Shown here one piece after another: positions 1 to 10,007 of a DNA stretch of 64,000 nucleotides. A program made the translations under genes and the position numbers. Origin of the DNA: Aureliella sp. (GTDB lineage: Bacteria > Planctomycetota > Planctomycetia > Pirellulales > Pirellulaceae); contig OY829846.1 in the NCBI GenBank assembly GCA_963691875.1, positions 4,128,001 through 4,192,000 on the forward strand, in the 5' to 3' direction. The notes beneath the pieces are model-generated. The model was not told where the DNA came from. It did no database searches and was given only the letters and a program-made list of their open reading frames with translations. How positions within the stretch are numbered: position 1 is the first letter of the stretch; every line of letters starts with the position of its first letter.

Positions 1-4
1 GCGC

Positions 5-766
5 GTGATGCTGCTTCAGTTTGAAGAGCAAGCTATCGTTGGTTGCCCCTTTGGATTGATAACCGCCATCGCAGCCGCCATTGGTGTCTTCCTTCAGTTC
101 GAACGAGCTTTCGACAAGATCTGGCGAGTCAGACCGGCGCGTTTTACCAGCACTCGGCATTTTTTGACTCGACTGGTGACCAAGCGTTTTGCCGCTTTCC
201 TAATGCTAGGATCTGTGGGACTTGCTATTATCGCCATCATGGTTGCGAATCTCGCCATTAGCGGTATTCGAGCTTGGATGGCTGAGTGGTATTTGGCGGG
301 CACTTTGATTCTGTTCGTCGCAGATACACTTACGACGATTCTTCTTAACACCGTTGCATTTGCAGTGCTTTATAAATGCTTGCCCAAGAAGAAAGTTAGA
401 TGGCGCGAGGCGTTTCGCAGTGCGTTGCTTGTTGCACTGACTTGGGAATTAGGCCGAGAGTTGCTTTGTTCCTTCCTGATCGGAATGCGATACACCACAA
501 CTTATGGAGCAGTCGGTTCGTTTATCGCGCTGCTGCTCTGGTTCTACTGGGGCGTCAATCTACTGTTCTTTGGCGCGGAGTACCTGCAGGTTCTGACTCA
601 GCGAAGTGAACAGCCATTCTCTATGTTCGATCCCAACCAAGCCCAGGATAGAAACTCGCGAGATTCTCATCAGCCGAGGAGGTCTGGCGCGTCGGTACCT
701 GCGATGCATCTAAACGGGAATTGGAATGCTTCCGTGCATCAAAATTCTCACGGCTTCGACGCTTGA
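5..766 (+). CDS. YihY/virulence factor BrkB family membrane protein (5' end probably truncated by the window edge)
   Basis: Multiple TM helices, with YihY-type motifs F..LYK.LP and YGAVGSFIALLLWFYW..LLFFGAE. Confidence 0.85.
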   Translation: MMLLQFEEQAIVGCPFGLITAIAAAIGVFLQFERAFDKIWRVRPARFTSTRHFLTRLVTKRFAAFLMLGSVGLAIIAIMVANLAISGIRAWMAEWYLAGTLILFVADTLTTILLNTVAFAVLYKCLPKKKVRWREAFRSALLVALTWELGRELLCSFLIGMRYTTTYGAVGSFIALLLWFYWGVNLLFFGAEYLQVLTQRSEQPFSMFDPNQAQDRNSRDSHQPRRSGASVPAMHLNGNWNASVHQNSHGFDA

Positions 767-778
767 AACTGGTTATCG

Positions 779-1294
779 TTAATTCTTCGATTCTTCGAAG
801 GCTAACTCACTGCCCTCTAGCTCCTTGATGGCACGAGCTCCCGAAGCAATCTGAGCATAGATTGTTAGCTCCTTGAGTTCTTGGCTTTCCGGTGGAAAGT
901 AAGCTGTGCCTTTCGTGTGAAAAGCGGCCAACGGCACGACGACTTCGCCACCAGGAGGAACAGTGTCGGGGTGGGTGTAGTGAAACTGATGGTTGATCGA
1001 CAAGTTTAGGTAATTCCAAGGTTCCTCTGTTGGGTTTGTTAGAGTTACGCAAGGTAGCACCCGAGTGTCAGGTGTGTCTCTAGACTGCTTGTTTTCAATT
1101 GCTCGAGGGCCAACTAAGACGTCGACTTCCAGCACTGGGTCACGAACATCTGGCATGGTCGTATACATCCAAACGACCAGCGCGAAGGGGGCAAGAGTTA
1201 AGACAATCAGCCCCACAGTTAGCTGAGTACGCGTAAGCGTGTTGGGTAGCTTAGGCGCTTGTTCTAAGTCGCTGTTAGTCTGGACTGTATTCAT
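779..1294 (-). CDS. hypothetical protein with one N-terminal TM anchor
   Basis: 171-aa ORF with the hydrophobic segment VGLIVLTLAPFALVVWMY followed by a beta-rich domain. Confidence 0.65.
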   Translation of the reverse strand: MNTVQTNSDLEQAPKLPNTLTRTQLTVGLIVLTLAPFALVVWMYTTMPDVRDPVLEVDVLVGPRAIENKQSRDTPDTRVLPCVTLTNPTEEPWNYLNLSINHQFHYTHPDTVPPGGEVVVPLAAFHTKGTAYFPPESQELKELTIYAQIASGARAIKELEGSELAFEESKN

Positions 1295-1413
1295 TTCGCT
1301 GTGCCCTGGAAAACGCGTTGCGATTCAGTGTGCAATACCCGCGTATCATTGTTGGTTTCAGGCAAATCAAGAATGCCAATCGTGGCTTCTCGCGACGGAA
1401 ATTCGCAAAGTTG

Positions 1414-2796
1414 CTAAGCCAAGAGCTCCTTGATGACCTTACCGCCGAACTGAGAAAGCTGCTTGAAGCGGCCGGCGTGGAAGAAAGTCAGCCGATTGTC
1501 GTCAAGTCCAAGAAGATTGAGAAGCGTCACGTGTAAATCGCGGATGGGATGTACACATTCGACGGCTTCGGCGCCAAGCTCATCCGTGGCCCCGACAGTT
1601 TGTCCTGCCTTCACTCCACCGCCTGCCATCCAAACGCACATCGCCTTGGCATTGTGGTCGCGGCCATACGCAATTCCACCTCGGACACCGTTGTCGGGGC
1701 TACGACCGAATTCGCCGCACCAAACGACGAGAGTGTCCTCGAGTAGACCGCACTGGTCGAGATCTTGGATCAAAGCTGCGATCGGACGATCCACTGCGTT
1801 GATAAGCTTTCCATGAGCTCGTTCGATGTAGTCGTGGGAGTCCCAAGTAGAAGCGTAAAGCTGCACAAAGCGAACACCGTGCTCCAGCAATCTTCGCGCG
1901 TACAAGCATTTCTTTCCGAACTTGGCCGTAGCCTTGTCCTTCAAGCCGTACTCTTCAATCGTCTGTGCTTTCTCATGGCTCAGATCGAGAACTTGTTTGA
2001 CATCATCCTGCATTCTGAAGGCGAGTTCGAAGCTATCCAGTCGCGCTGCCAGCAAGTCAGCCTGCGGATGATTCTGCATATGCTTATTGTTTAGCGCGCC
2101 TAGTAGATCGAGGTTCGCTCTCTGATGTTCTTTGGTGATTCCTTTGGGCGGCGTTAGATTCAATATTGGAGAACCCTGAGGCCGCAATGCGGTAGCTTGA
2201 TACTGCGCCGGTAAGAACCCATTGCCCCAGTTCGCCGCGCCGCCTTGGGGAAAGGAGAGGTCAGGCATAACGACGAAACCTGGCAAGTTTTCATTCAGTG
2301 TGCCAAGACCGTAATTCACCCAGGCACCTACTGCTGGATCCCCACCGAAGCGATTCCCGCAATTGATATGGTACAAGGCGGTCGGATGATTGATCGATTC
2401 AGCTTGTAGCCCACGGTAGAAGCAAAGCTTGTCGGCCACCTTCGAGAGATGTTGCCATTTTTCGCTCATCCATGCGCCGGACTCACCATGTTGGCTGAAA
2501 GAGAATGGACTTTGCACATAGTAGCGCTTGCCGCTAGCCATGGCCGAAATCCTTTCACCGCTCCGCTGGAATTCCTTTAGGTGCAGCTCTTTCAGCTTGG
2601 GCTTGGGATCAAAAGTATCGATCTGGCTAGGACCGCCCTCCATCGTCAAGAAGATGCAACGCTTTGCTCTAGGTGTATGGTGGGGCTGCTTCGCGTCGTC
2701 TGCAGGTGAGGCGTTCAGCTCGTGCTGCAGCATGCCTTGCAGTGCCACACTGCCGAGTGTAGCGCCGAGGCTATATAAGTATTCTCTACGAAACAT
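1414..2796 (-). CDS. DUF1501 domain protein
   Basis: Twin-Arg-like N-terminus, motifs IFL.MEGGPSQIDTFDPKP, WDSH, GEFGRSP, GRDH and G.TDELG. It lies downstream of a DUF1549/1553 gene, the typical pairing. Confidence 0.93.
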   Translation of the reverse strand: MFRREYLYSLGATLGSVALQGMLQHELNASPADDAKQPHHTPRAKRCIFLTMEGGPSQIDTFDPKPKLKELHLKEFQRSGERISAMASGKRYYVQSPFSFSQHGESGAWMSEKWQHLSKVADKLCFYRGLQAESINHPTALYHINCGNRFGGDPAVGAWVNYGLGTLNENLPGFVVMPDLSFPQGGAANWGNGFLPAQYQATALRPQGSPILNLTPPKGITKEHQRANLDLLGALNNKHMQNHPQADLLAARLDSFELAFRMQDDVKQVLDLSHEKAQTIEEYGLKDKATAKFGKKCLYARRLLEHGVRFVQLYASTWDSHDYIERAHGKLINAVDRPIAALIQDLDQCGLLEDTLVVWCGEFGRSPDNGVRGGIAYGRDHNAKAMCVWMAGGGVKAGQTVGATDELGAEAVECVHPIRDLHVTLLNLLGLDDNRLTFFHAGRFKQLSQFGGKVIKELLA

Positions 2797-2833
2797 AACT
2801 TTAGATTGTTTCAGTCGTGCAAACTGCTTGGGG

Positions 2834-5722
2834 TCAGGGGGCGTACAGTAGCTCGTTGCTGGAAAGGATGACCAGGCAAACTTCGGCTAAGCCGCGCACC
2901 CGAGGGCTGGACGAGGCCGGGTCCGATTCGGGGATGTAGTCGCGGTGCTGTTCCAATGGCTCGGTGAACTCGAATAACGCTCCTGTGTTCTCTGACACCA
3001 AGGAACGTTTCTGCGCAGTCGGAGGCCGGTAGGTTGCGAGTTGTATATTCTCGTGGCGATTGGTCATTTCTTCCCAATGATTTAGACAGACGGCTAGCTC
3101 ATTTGGGGCCGCTTCACGCCCGAAGGCCAGCTGAAAAATCCGATGAATTGTTGCTGGCACGTGCTTTGCCTGATGATCGCTTTCCGTAGTGTCAGTGGTT
3201 TCGTTGAGAACTCGGTCAGCAAAAGCCAGAGCTCGTTCATAGGAAAACTGACTGTTGAAAAGCGTCAAGCCCTGAGGTGCAACGGTGGAGTTGTCTCGGA
3301 GTTCGCATGATAAGTCCGGCGATGGCTTGTTGAACACCTCTAGCATTGGGTCAGGAAGAGTACGAAGCCGCAAAGCGTAGAGTGCGCGTCGATTGCGATC
3401 CTGTGGCAGGGGTGATGCTTGATATATCGGTGCGTAGGATCCCATGATCTGCCGAGGTTGTGCGCCAACTTCTGGATTGATGTTAGGCCTCACGGGTACT
3501 CCACCCACTTCATGATTGAGCAGACCGCTTATGGTTAGGACCGAATCAAGAACCTGCTCCGCACTCAGTCTGCGTGATTGGAATACTGCGTACGAAGTTC
3601 CTAGCGGATCTTTCTCTGTGATGATTTGGAGTTCAGTTGGAGCAACATCGCGGCTCGTTCGACAGTAAGCTTCGCTAAGTAGAATAGTCCGATGTAATAC
3701 TTTGCTCGACCAGTCTGCTTCAACAAGTTCGTTCGCTAAGTAGTCGAGCAACTCTGGGTGTGAAGGTGGTTCGGAAGCAGTTCCGAAGTTATTCGCAGTC
3801 TTGACGAGACCTTGTCCAAAATGTTGTTGCCAAATGCGGTTGGCCATGACTCGGGGCGTCAGTGGATTGCGTTTCGCATCCGTAAGCCAGTCTGCAAAAT
3901 CGAGTCGGCGTCCGGCGGTGGTTTCTGAGACTAAACTACTTTCCGACGCGTCCAAGCCAACTATTCCTGAAAGAACCGAAAGTGTTCCAGGCGTGACCGC
4001 AATGGTCGGAGAGAAGACATCGCCACCGCTCAGTATCGAGGTTTGAGCAGATTTTCCTCTCCGCTTTCCAGGCATTGTGATGCGAGAATTAAAAGCACGC
4101 CTCGTTGCGTCGGGGCCACTGTAAACGCTGAACGCGATAGGCTTGTAGCGATCTAGCTCCCAGTTGTGCCGCGACACGTATTTAGTTGCGATTCGATCTT
4201 CGCCGAAATCGCGAGGACTGAAGCCGACGTTCTTCGGAGCAATTTCGTCCTGAGAAATGCCTTTTTTCAGCTTCTCACCACGGGAGGCATACTCTAGACC
4301 GCGGTCTGCATACCATTTTTCAGCGTATTTGCGCGCTCGTTTGCTGACCTCTGTTTTCACTTTTGAGAAAACACCGATCCGTTCCATCAGATAAGCAGTC
4401 TGTTCTTCAAAGTTGTTCTGGTTTTCAGAATCAAGAAAAGCCGCCGGACGATCCGCGAACTGAGTGGTCGCAAAGACCGCTTGGATACGGTAGTAATCGC
4501 GAGTTGGGATCGGATCGAACTTGTGGTCGTGACAGCGCGCACACTGAAGCGGATGAGCCAGGAAGGCTTGGCCGACGAGATCTGTAATGTCATCCAAGTA
4601 CTGTTGCCGCGTAACTTTCGCGACACTCATGCCAGTGTGTTCCCATGGGCCCATGCGGAGCATGCCAGTAGCAATCAATAGTTCTGGGTTGTTTTCATCG
4701 ATTTCGTCTCCGGCAATCTGCTCGCGGATAAACTGGTCAATGGGTCGATCTTCATTGAAGCAGCGGGTGACATAGTCTCGATATCGCCACGCGTTAGGTC
4801 GTTGGTAGTCGTTAGAGAATCCAGCTGAGTCTGCATAGCGGACTACGTCCAGCCAATTTGTGGCAGCCTGTTCCCCAAAATGCGGTGAGGCGAGGACTTG
4901 ATCGACGAGTTGCTCCCAGGCTTGTTGTTCCGATGCAGGATTGGAAACAAACTTGGCGACAGCTTCCGGCGTTGGAGGCAAGCCAGTTAGATCCAGGTAG
5001 AGTCTGCGAATGAGATCGAGGCGACTTGCGCGTTGGGCCGGGCGGACTCCGAGTTCTATTAACTTCGCGTTGGTAAACAAATCGACCTTGTTATTCGCCG
5101 GCAGGTCGGTAGGAGCAGGCAGCTCGACCTTCAGTGGTTGGTAAGCCCATAAGGTCTTGGGTGCATAGCGGCGATCATCCCAGTTGGAATCCAGTCCACC
5201 ACTGGTCGCAACAGTTATACCGGTGGCGAATTCTCCGCGAATCGCTTCGATCTTCTTTTCGTCGGGCCAAGGTGCGCCCAGCTCGATCCACTTTTTTAGG
5301 GCCGCGAGCTGTTCTTCGTCGAGGCGATCGTTTTCCTTGGGTGGCATCTGCAGTTGATCGTGTTTCCGAGTTGATGACTTGTAGATCCAGCTATCTTCTG
5401 GTTTTTCCGGTACCAAAGCCGCTTCACCGCTATCACCGCCTCGGACAGTCTGTTCCCGAGTTGTGATCACAAATCCAGACTCGATCTCGTCGGGATTGCG
5501 ACCATGGCAGGCGGCGCATTTTGAATCTAGGGTTGGAGCAACCACAAGCGCGAAGATCTTTTCGCCTTCACTGAACTCCTCCCAGTCGGACGTAGACTGC
5601 ACTGGTGCATTTTTGCGTTCTTTTGAGCCTTCGTCGGATTGAGCCTGCGCGATTGAAGCTGAAACGAATGCAGCCAGAAGTCCAAATGATAGGTGAGCGA
5701 AAGATCGAGACATGCGATTCAA
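2834..5722 (-). CDS. planctomycete cytochrome c + DUF1549/DUF1553 (PSD1) protein
   Basis: Signal peptide, CAACH and CARCHDHKFDPI motifs, WLDVVRYADS, ANRIWQQHFGQGLV and PSHPELLDYLA. Confidence 0.93.
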   Translation of the reverse strand: MNRMSRSFAHLSFGLLAAFVSASIAQAQSDEGSKERKNAPVQSTSDWEEFSEGEKIFALVVAPTLDSKCAACHGRNPDEIESGFVITTREQTVRGGDSGEAALVPEKPEDSWIYKSSTRKHDQLQMPPKENDRLDEEQLAALKKWIELGAPWPDEKKIEAIRGEFATGITVATSGGLDSNWDDRRYAPKTLWAYQPLKVELPAPTDLPANNKVDLFTNAKLIELGVRPAQRASRLDLIRRLYLDLTGLPPTPEAVAKFVSNPASEQQAWEQLVDQVLASPHFGEQAATNWLDVVRYADSAGFSNDYQRPNAWRYRDYVTRCFNEDRPIDQFIREQIAGDEIDENNPELLIATGMLRMGPWEHTGMSVAKVTRQQYLDDITDLVGQAFLAHPLQCARCHDHKFDPIPTRDYYRIQAVFATTQFADRPAAFLDSENQNNFEEQTAYLMERIGVFSKVKTEVSKRARKYAEKWYADRGLEYASRGEKLKKGISQDEIAPKNVGFSPRDFGEDRIATKYVSRHNWELDRYKPIAFSVYSGPDATRRAFNSRITMPGKRRGKSAQTSILSGGDVFSPTIAVTPGTLSVLSGIVGLDASESSLVSETTAGRRLDFADWLTDAKRNPLTPRVMANRIWQQHFGQGLVKTANNFGTASEPPSHPELLDYLANELVEADWSSKVLHRTILLSEAYCRTSRDVAPTELQIITEKDPLGTSYAVFQSRRLSAEQVLDSVLTISGLLNHEVGGVPVRPNINPEVGAQPRQIMGSYAPIYQASPLPQDRNRRALYALRLRTLPDPMLEVFNKPSPDLSCELRDNSTVAPQGLTLFNSQFSYERALAFADRVLNETTDTTESDHQAKHVPATIHRIFQLAFGREAAPNELAVCLNHWEEMTNRHENIQLATYRPPTAQKRSLVSENTGALFEFTEPLEQHRDYIPESDPASSSPRVRGLAEVCLVILSSNELLYAP

Positions 5723-5825
5723 TCACTTGGCGGGAGAAAATGAAAGTCAGCAGCGACAGGTGAAGCTCGACATCCATTGTACCGCAACAATAAGTCCAAA
5801 TTGTACAAATTCAAACTTGAAACAA

Positions 5826-6908
5826 CTAAAGCGAGTTGATGCTTTCGGGCAGGGAGATCGTTTCGAGAAGCCAGATCCAGGGAAGGAAGATGAGAAACAC
5901 ATAGCTCAGGATGGTGGCAGAGCCCACCAGCAGCGCGATGAGCATGGGAAACCAGCGGCGGTGAGCGTCATCGAGTTGCTCTGCGGATTGCTGCAGGTTC
6001 AGCGAAACCTCCCTCAGGTGTCGGGCGGACTCTTCTGGACTGAGTATTCCAGCGTGCGCTGAACCCAAGATGAGTGAAGTTTCCTTGGACATTAGGTCTG
6101 GTGTTTGTTTTTGTTGTACCTGTTGCCAGCCGAGTTGCGATTCTTCATCCGTTGCGCCGAGAGTTTTCAGGCTCAAGTGTGTGATGTTTTCCAGCGGAAC
6201 CTTGGAACCCGCCAGCAAGGCGGCGAGATGTGTTGCCAACGCCTGTTGACGTAGAGACTTCGCATGTTTGTCTCGATTGGCTCGGCTGAGACCACGACGC
6301 CTCCGCATCCAGTAGAGAATAACCAGGGACACTGAAACAAGCATAACGAGAAACAGAGTTAAGAGCAAGGGGTTTTCCCCAACCACCACAATGAATTCTA
6401 GCCAGCTCGGAAGATTCTGGTTGAACAGCCGATAGGTCTCGCGATATTCCGGGATCAAGGACCAAGCTACCATGGTGAGTGCGATGACCATCAATAGCAC
6501 GAGGAGAAACGGATAAAGCAGGGCCGAGTGGAAATTTTGCTTTGCCTTAAAATTGGCGATATGCATTGCCGTCCAGGCTTGAAGCGATTCAGCCAGCCGA
6601 TCCGAGGACTCGCCTGCCTCGATGCAAGCAGCCAGTACTAGCGACTCGCGATCTCGACCAGCCACCAACGTGTCACTCCACTTCTTTCCGGACTGCACGT
6701 CTCGCTCGATTTGTTCCGCCAGCTTCCGAGTTGAGGTGGTCGATGAGCTCAGGCTCTGGCGGAGTTCTCTGCCAATCGGAAGTCTCGCACGCACAAGCTT
6801 TGCAACCTGCTCGCAAACGGCCAGCTTTTCGGCGAGCGTTGCCGCAGGCGAGGTTTGGCTCTGATTCGATTCTTCGGAGCGTTTTAGGGAATTGCCGGAG
6901 TCGTTCAT
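5826..6908 (-). CDS. type II secretion system F / PilC-like inner-membrane platform protein
   Basis: AGESSDRL.ESL motif, ALLYP followed by a TM, LIPEY.E.Y..F...LP loop and three TMs. Adjacent to a GspE-type ATPase. Confidence 0.75.
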   Translation of the reverse strand: MNDSGNSLKRSEESNQSQTSPAATLAEKLAVCEQVAKLVRARLPIGRELRQSLSSSTTSTRKLAEQIERDVQSGKKWSDTLVAGRDRESLVLAACIEAGESSDRLAESLQAWTAMHIANFKAKQNFHSALLYPFLLVLLMVIALTMVAWSLIPEYRETYRLFNQNLPSWLEFIVVVGENPLLLTLFLVMLVSVSLVILYWMRRRRGLSRANRDKHAKSLRQQALATHLAALLAGSKVPLENITHLSLKTLGATDEESQLGWQQVQQKQTPDLMSKETSLILGSAHAGILSPEESARHLREVSLNLQQSAEQLDDAHRRWFPMLIALLVGSATILSYVFLIFLPWIWLLETISLPESINSL

Positions 6909-6991
6909 GGATTGGAAGTTGCGACTCTAAGCTTGGCTTTTAGCGATAAGCCCAACAGAGTCAAAGAGTGCTTGGATTTGTCTCGAATTCT

Positions 6992-8041
6992 CTAATCTAT
7001 CGCCTGATCCTGCAAGGTTTGCATTCCGAGCTCGCAAGCGCAGGCCTGGATCGCTTCGGTGTCTGCGTCGACCAGTAGCGCTTTCTTGAGCGCCCCGAAA
7101 ATTGGTGGTAGTTGCTCGACTAGCAACTGCATGTTGGGGGTGCCTGATTGGCTAGGTGTGGGTTGGAGTTTTTGGCAAAGAGCCAGCGAAAGCCCTGCAG
7201 TCAAATGGGGCAGTGGTACATCCATGTCCAGTAATCGACGCAATGCATCGGCACAACTGCGAGCATGCATGGTCGTGATGACGAGTTGTCCGGTCATCGC
7301 TGCTTGAAAGACTACTTGAGCTGTCTCGGCATCACGAATCTCACCGACCAACATCACTTCGGGATCTTGTCGCAGCAGGGCTCGAAGCCCTTCGGACCAA
7401 CCGTAGCCTTTGTCCGGCTGAATCTGCGATTGGGCGACACCTTCAAGTTCCGATTCTATCGGGTCTTCCAGGCTAACGACGCTCCGCAATTGTTTCGCTG
7501 ACAGAATTTCTCGCAGTGCGGCATAAGCAGTCGAAGTTTTTCCAGCTCCCGCTGATCCGGTTATCAGCATTACTCCAGAGGCTTGTCGCAGGCATTGGTG
7601 CACATCTTCAGCCGTCTTGGATGGCAAGCTGAGATCATCAATCCGCCAAGCTTCGGCCGACAGCGGGATCAAGCGAATTGCAATTCGTTCGCCGTGCAGA
7701 GTTGGAAGGGTACTGACCCGAGCTTCCAGGCGTCGGTCCGAGCCAGCGTCGTCGAGCACCAATCTCCCTTCTTGCGGAACTTCGCTCCGATAAGTCGTCA
7801 GGCCCGCGAGGGCTTTTATACGAGAGTTCAGATTGGTGGACGCACCGCTTGGTGCAACACCAGCTTCTTGGAGCTGGCCAAAAACACGAAGTCGCACCTG
7901 GGTACCGTTGGCCGTTTGATTCAAGTGAACATCGCTGGCGTGCACGTTTATCGCCGCTTGCAAAACGCGTTCGACCGCCAGTCGCGCGTATTCTTCACGC
8001 TTCGGATCAAGGTCTGAAAAGTCAATGGGTGAGCTTGTCAT
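6992..8041 (-). CDS. GspE/PulE/PilB-family secretion ATPase (short form)
   Basis: ASDVHL, PQEGR, Walker A GSAGAGKT, Asp box EDPIE, LRQDPEVMLVGEIRD and TTMH. Confidence 0.92.
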   Translation of the reverse strand: MTSSPIDFSDLDPKREEYARLAVERVLQAAINVHASDVHLNQTANGTQVRLRVFGQLQEAGVAPSGASTNLNSRIKALAGLTTYRSEVPQEGRLVLDDAGSDRRLEARVSTLPTLHGERIAIRLIPLSAEAWRIDDLSLPSKTAEDVHQCLRQASGVMLITGSAGAGKTSTAYAALREILSAKQLRSVVSLEDPIESELEGVAQSQIQPDKGYGWSEGLRALLRQDPEVMLVGEIRDAETAQVVFQAAMTGQLVITTMHARSCADALRRLLDMDVPLPHLTAGLSLALCQKLQPTPSQSGTPNMQLLVEQLPPIFGALKKALLVDADTEAIQACACELGMQTLQDQAID

Positions 8042-8049
8042 CTGCCTTG

Positions 8050-8529
8050 CTAGTTCTCCAGCGGTTGCATGCGCAGGCAGTAATCCGACTCGTTGATGCG
8101 ATCTGACAGAAATTGGTAGCTTAGGATGTAGCGTTGGATGCGCCGCAAGTCTTTGTCGACCGCCTTAGATCGATACAAGACTCGGCCAAGCGAGCCGTTG
8201 TCACGGAGATCAGAGAGTTTCGCTGACCGAGCCAGTGGATTTGGTTTTAGCTTGATGACATAGTCCGCATAGCTGTCTTCCTCGCGGTGAGTTATCAGGT
8301 CAACCGCCTCGAGGGTAGCCGGATCAAATTCCATCTGCTTCAAATCTTCGATCGTGACGTCCGTGTCTTCGACTAGATCATGCATCAAGCCGACGAGTTG
8401 TGCCTCTGGCAGGTCGACGCCGTCCATCACTCGCAGGCAGTGCATGAGATACGGCTCGCCATCTTGGTCCGTCACCCCTTGGAATTTCTCCGTCACCAGG
8501 GCAAGGGCTTTGTCAAAATCGCTAGACAT
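8050..8529 (-). CDS. stand-alone HD-domain phosphohydrolase (RelA/SpoT-HD, Mesh1/SAH-like)
   Basis: GEPYLMH, LMHDLVEDT and AKLSDLRDN motifs. Confidence 0.75.
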   Translation of the reverse strand: MSSDFDKALALVTEKFQGVTDQDGEPYLMHCLRVMDGVDLPEAQLVGLMHDLVEDTDVTIEDLKQMEFDPATLEAVDLITHREEDSYADYVIKLKPNPLARSAKLSDLRDNGSLGRVLYRSKAVDKDLRRIQRYILSYQFLSDRINESDYCLRMQPLEN

Positions 8530-8566
8530 GTGAACTAGAAGTGAAAAAAGAGCTTTGATAGCGGTA

Positions 8567-9703
8567 TTATCGATTCAAGAATTTGATGCAAACCGGCGAG
8601 CCGACAGTGATGCGCGAGTTTGCTGATGATAGCTTCCCAGACTTTTCGTCAATTTGAAAAAGCACGACAGAGTCTGTACTCTGATTCTCGGTCAGCAAGA
8701 ATTTGCCTGTCGGATCGATACGAAAATTGCGAGGAGTTTCACCACCCGTGTTGGTGTGACTGATAGGTGTTAGCCTCCCCTTATTAAACCGAAAACCCGC
8801 GATGCTGTGGTGGCCGCGGTTGGAGCCGTACACAAATTTGCCGCTAGGATGCACGAGAACCTCGGCCGTGGAGTACCCCTTCTGGAGCTCGCCTGGCAAG
8901 GTCGACAGCCTTTCGGATTCTGTGAGCATACCGCTTTTGCTGTTCCAGCTGCAGGTACTTAGTTGGCAAGTCAGTTCATGAATGACAAAGGCGTGTTTGC
9001 CTTTCGGGTGAAAGGCGATGTGTCTTGGTCCACTACCTGGTTTGAAGTGCGTTACAGAGTGTTTCTCGCCAAGCCTGTTTTCATCGAGTTTGTAGATCAA
9101 GACTTGGTCAAGGCCGAGGTCGACTGCTGCGGCGTATTGGTCTGATGGATCGGGCAAGATGCAGTGAGCATGTGGTGCTTTCTGTCGTTGGTGAACGCTG
9201 CTGCCAGTGTGTTGAATGAGGTGGATTTCTCCGAGCTTGCCTATCTCGTCTAAGGGAAAGGAAGTCACGCTACCGCCGCTGTAGTTTGCGACGAGGGCAC
9301 TCTTGCCGTCGGCAGTAACAGACACGAAGCAGGGTGCGCCGCCATCTGTCGATCTGTGACTGATTTCAGTGAGGCCGAAGTCAGATCCAATCTTGAAAGC
9401 GGTGATCTGATGATCGCTGGCGGCAACTTCGCTAACTGCGTACAGAACATCAAGGGTTGGATGCAATGTGAGAAAGGATGGGTTTTCAAGCTTGGCAACC
9501 AACTTGGGGTCGGAAAGCTTTGCCGTTTTGGAATCCAGGTAGCTCAAGTAGATCCCTTGGCTGTCTCCGCCGGTATAAGTGCCGATATAGAAAGGCTGTT
9601 TGGATGATTGTTGGGCCGAAGCGTCAGTACAGAGTAAAACGCCAAGGAGTAAAAACGCTAGTGTCGAGGAAGCATACGGGGCGGGTTTTGCAGTGAGAGG
9701 CAT
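8567..9703 (-). CDS. lactonase family beta-propeller (6-phosphogluconolactonase-like), signal peptide
   Basis: YIGTYT, NPSFL, VANYSGG, RQKAPHAH, GSGPRH, YGSNRGH and TPRNF motifs. Start taken at the ATG at 9703. Confidence 0.9.
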   Translation of the reverse strand: MPLTAKPAPYASSTLAFLLLGVLLCTDASAQQSSKQPFYIGTYTGGDSQGIYLSYLDSKTAKLSDPKLVAKLENPSFLTLHPTLDVLYAVSEVAASDHQITAFKIGSDFGLTEISHRSTDGGAPCFVSVTADGKSALVANYSGGSVTSFPLDEIGKLGEIHLIQHTGSSVHQRQKAPHAHCILPDPSDQYAAAVDLGLDQVLIYKLDENRLGEKHSVTHFKPGSGPRHIAFHPKGKHAFVIHELTCQLSTCSWNSKSGMLTESERLSTLPGELQKGYSTAEVLVHPSGKFVYGSNRGHHSIAGFRFNKGRLTPISHTNTGGETPRNFRIDPTGKFLLTENQSTDSVVLFQIDEKSGKLSSANSRITVGSPVCIKFLNR

Positions 9704-10007
9704 AGTGAGAAGGTGTGCAGGCAAAAGAGGTGGGAGAAACTTCTGATTTTCAAGCAAAAGCGAGATGCTCGCTCATCATAACAGACCTGAGCCCTTTCGA
9801 GCGCTTGTAAATGGTAACCTTCGTTCCGCGAAAGCTTCCTGGTGCTTTGGCAGAGCAAAATTCGACCAAGATTGAAACTCTGGTCAGTCCTTCATCAGCA
9901 GCCCAGTCTGCTGGAATGCACTCATGCTGGAAAGTAGAATCCTCGAGTCTTTATAGCGACTCACCATTGTCCTTTGTCTGTTCCGCAATCAAAAGTGTCT
10001 GTTTCGG

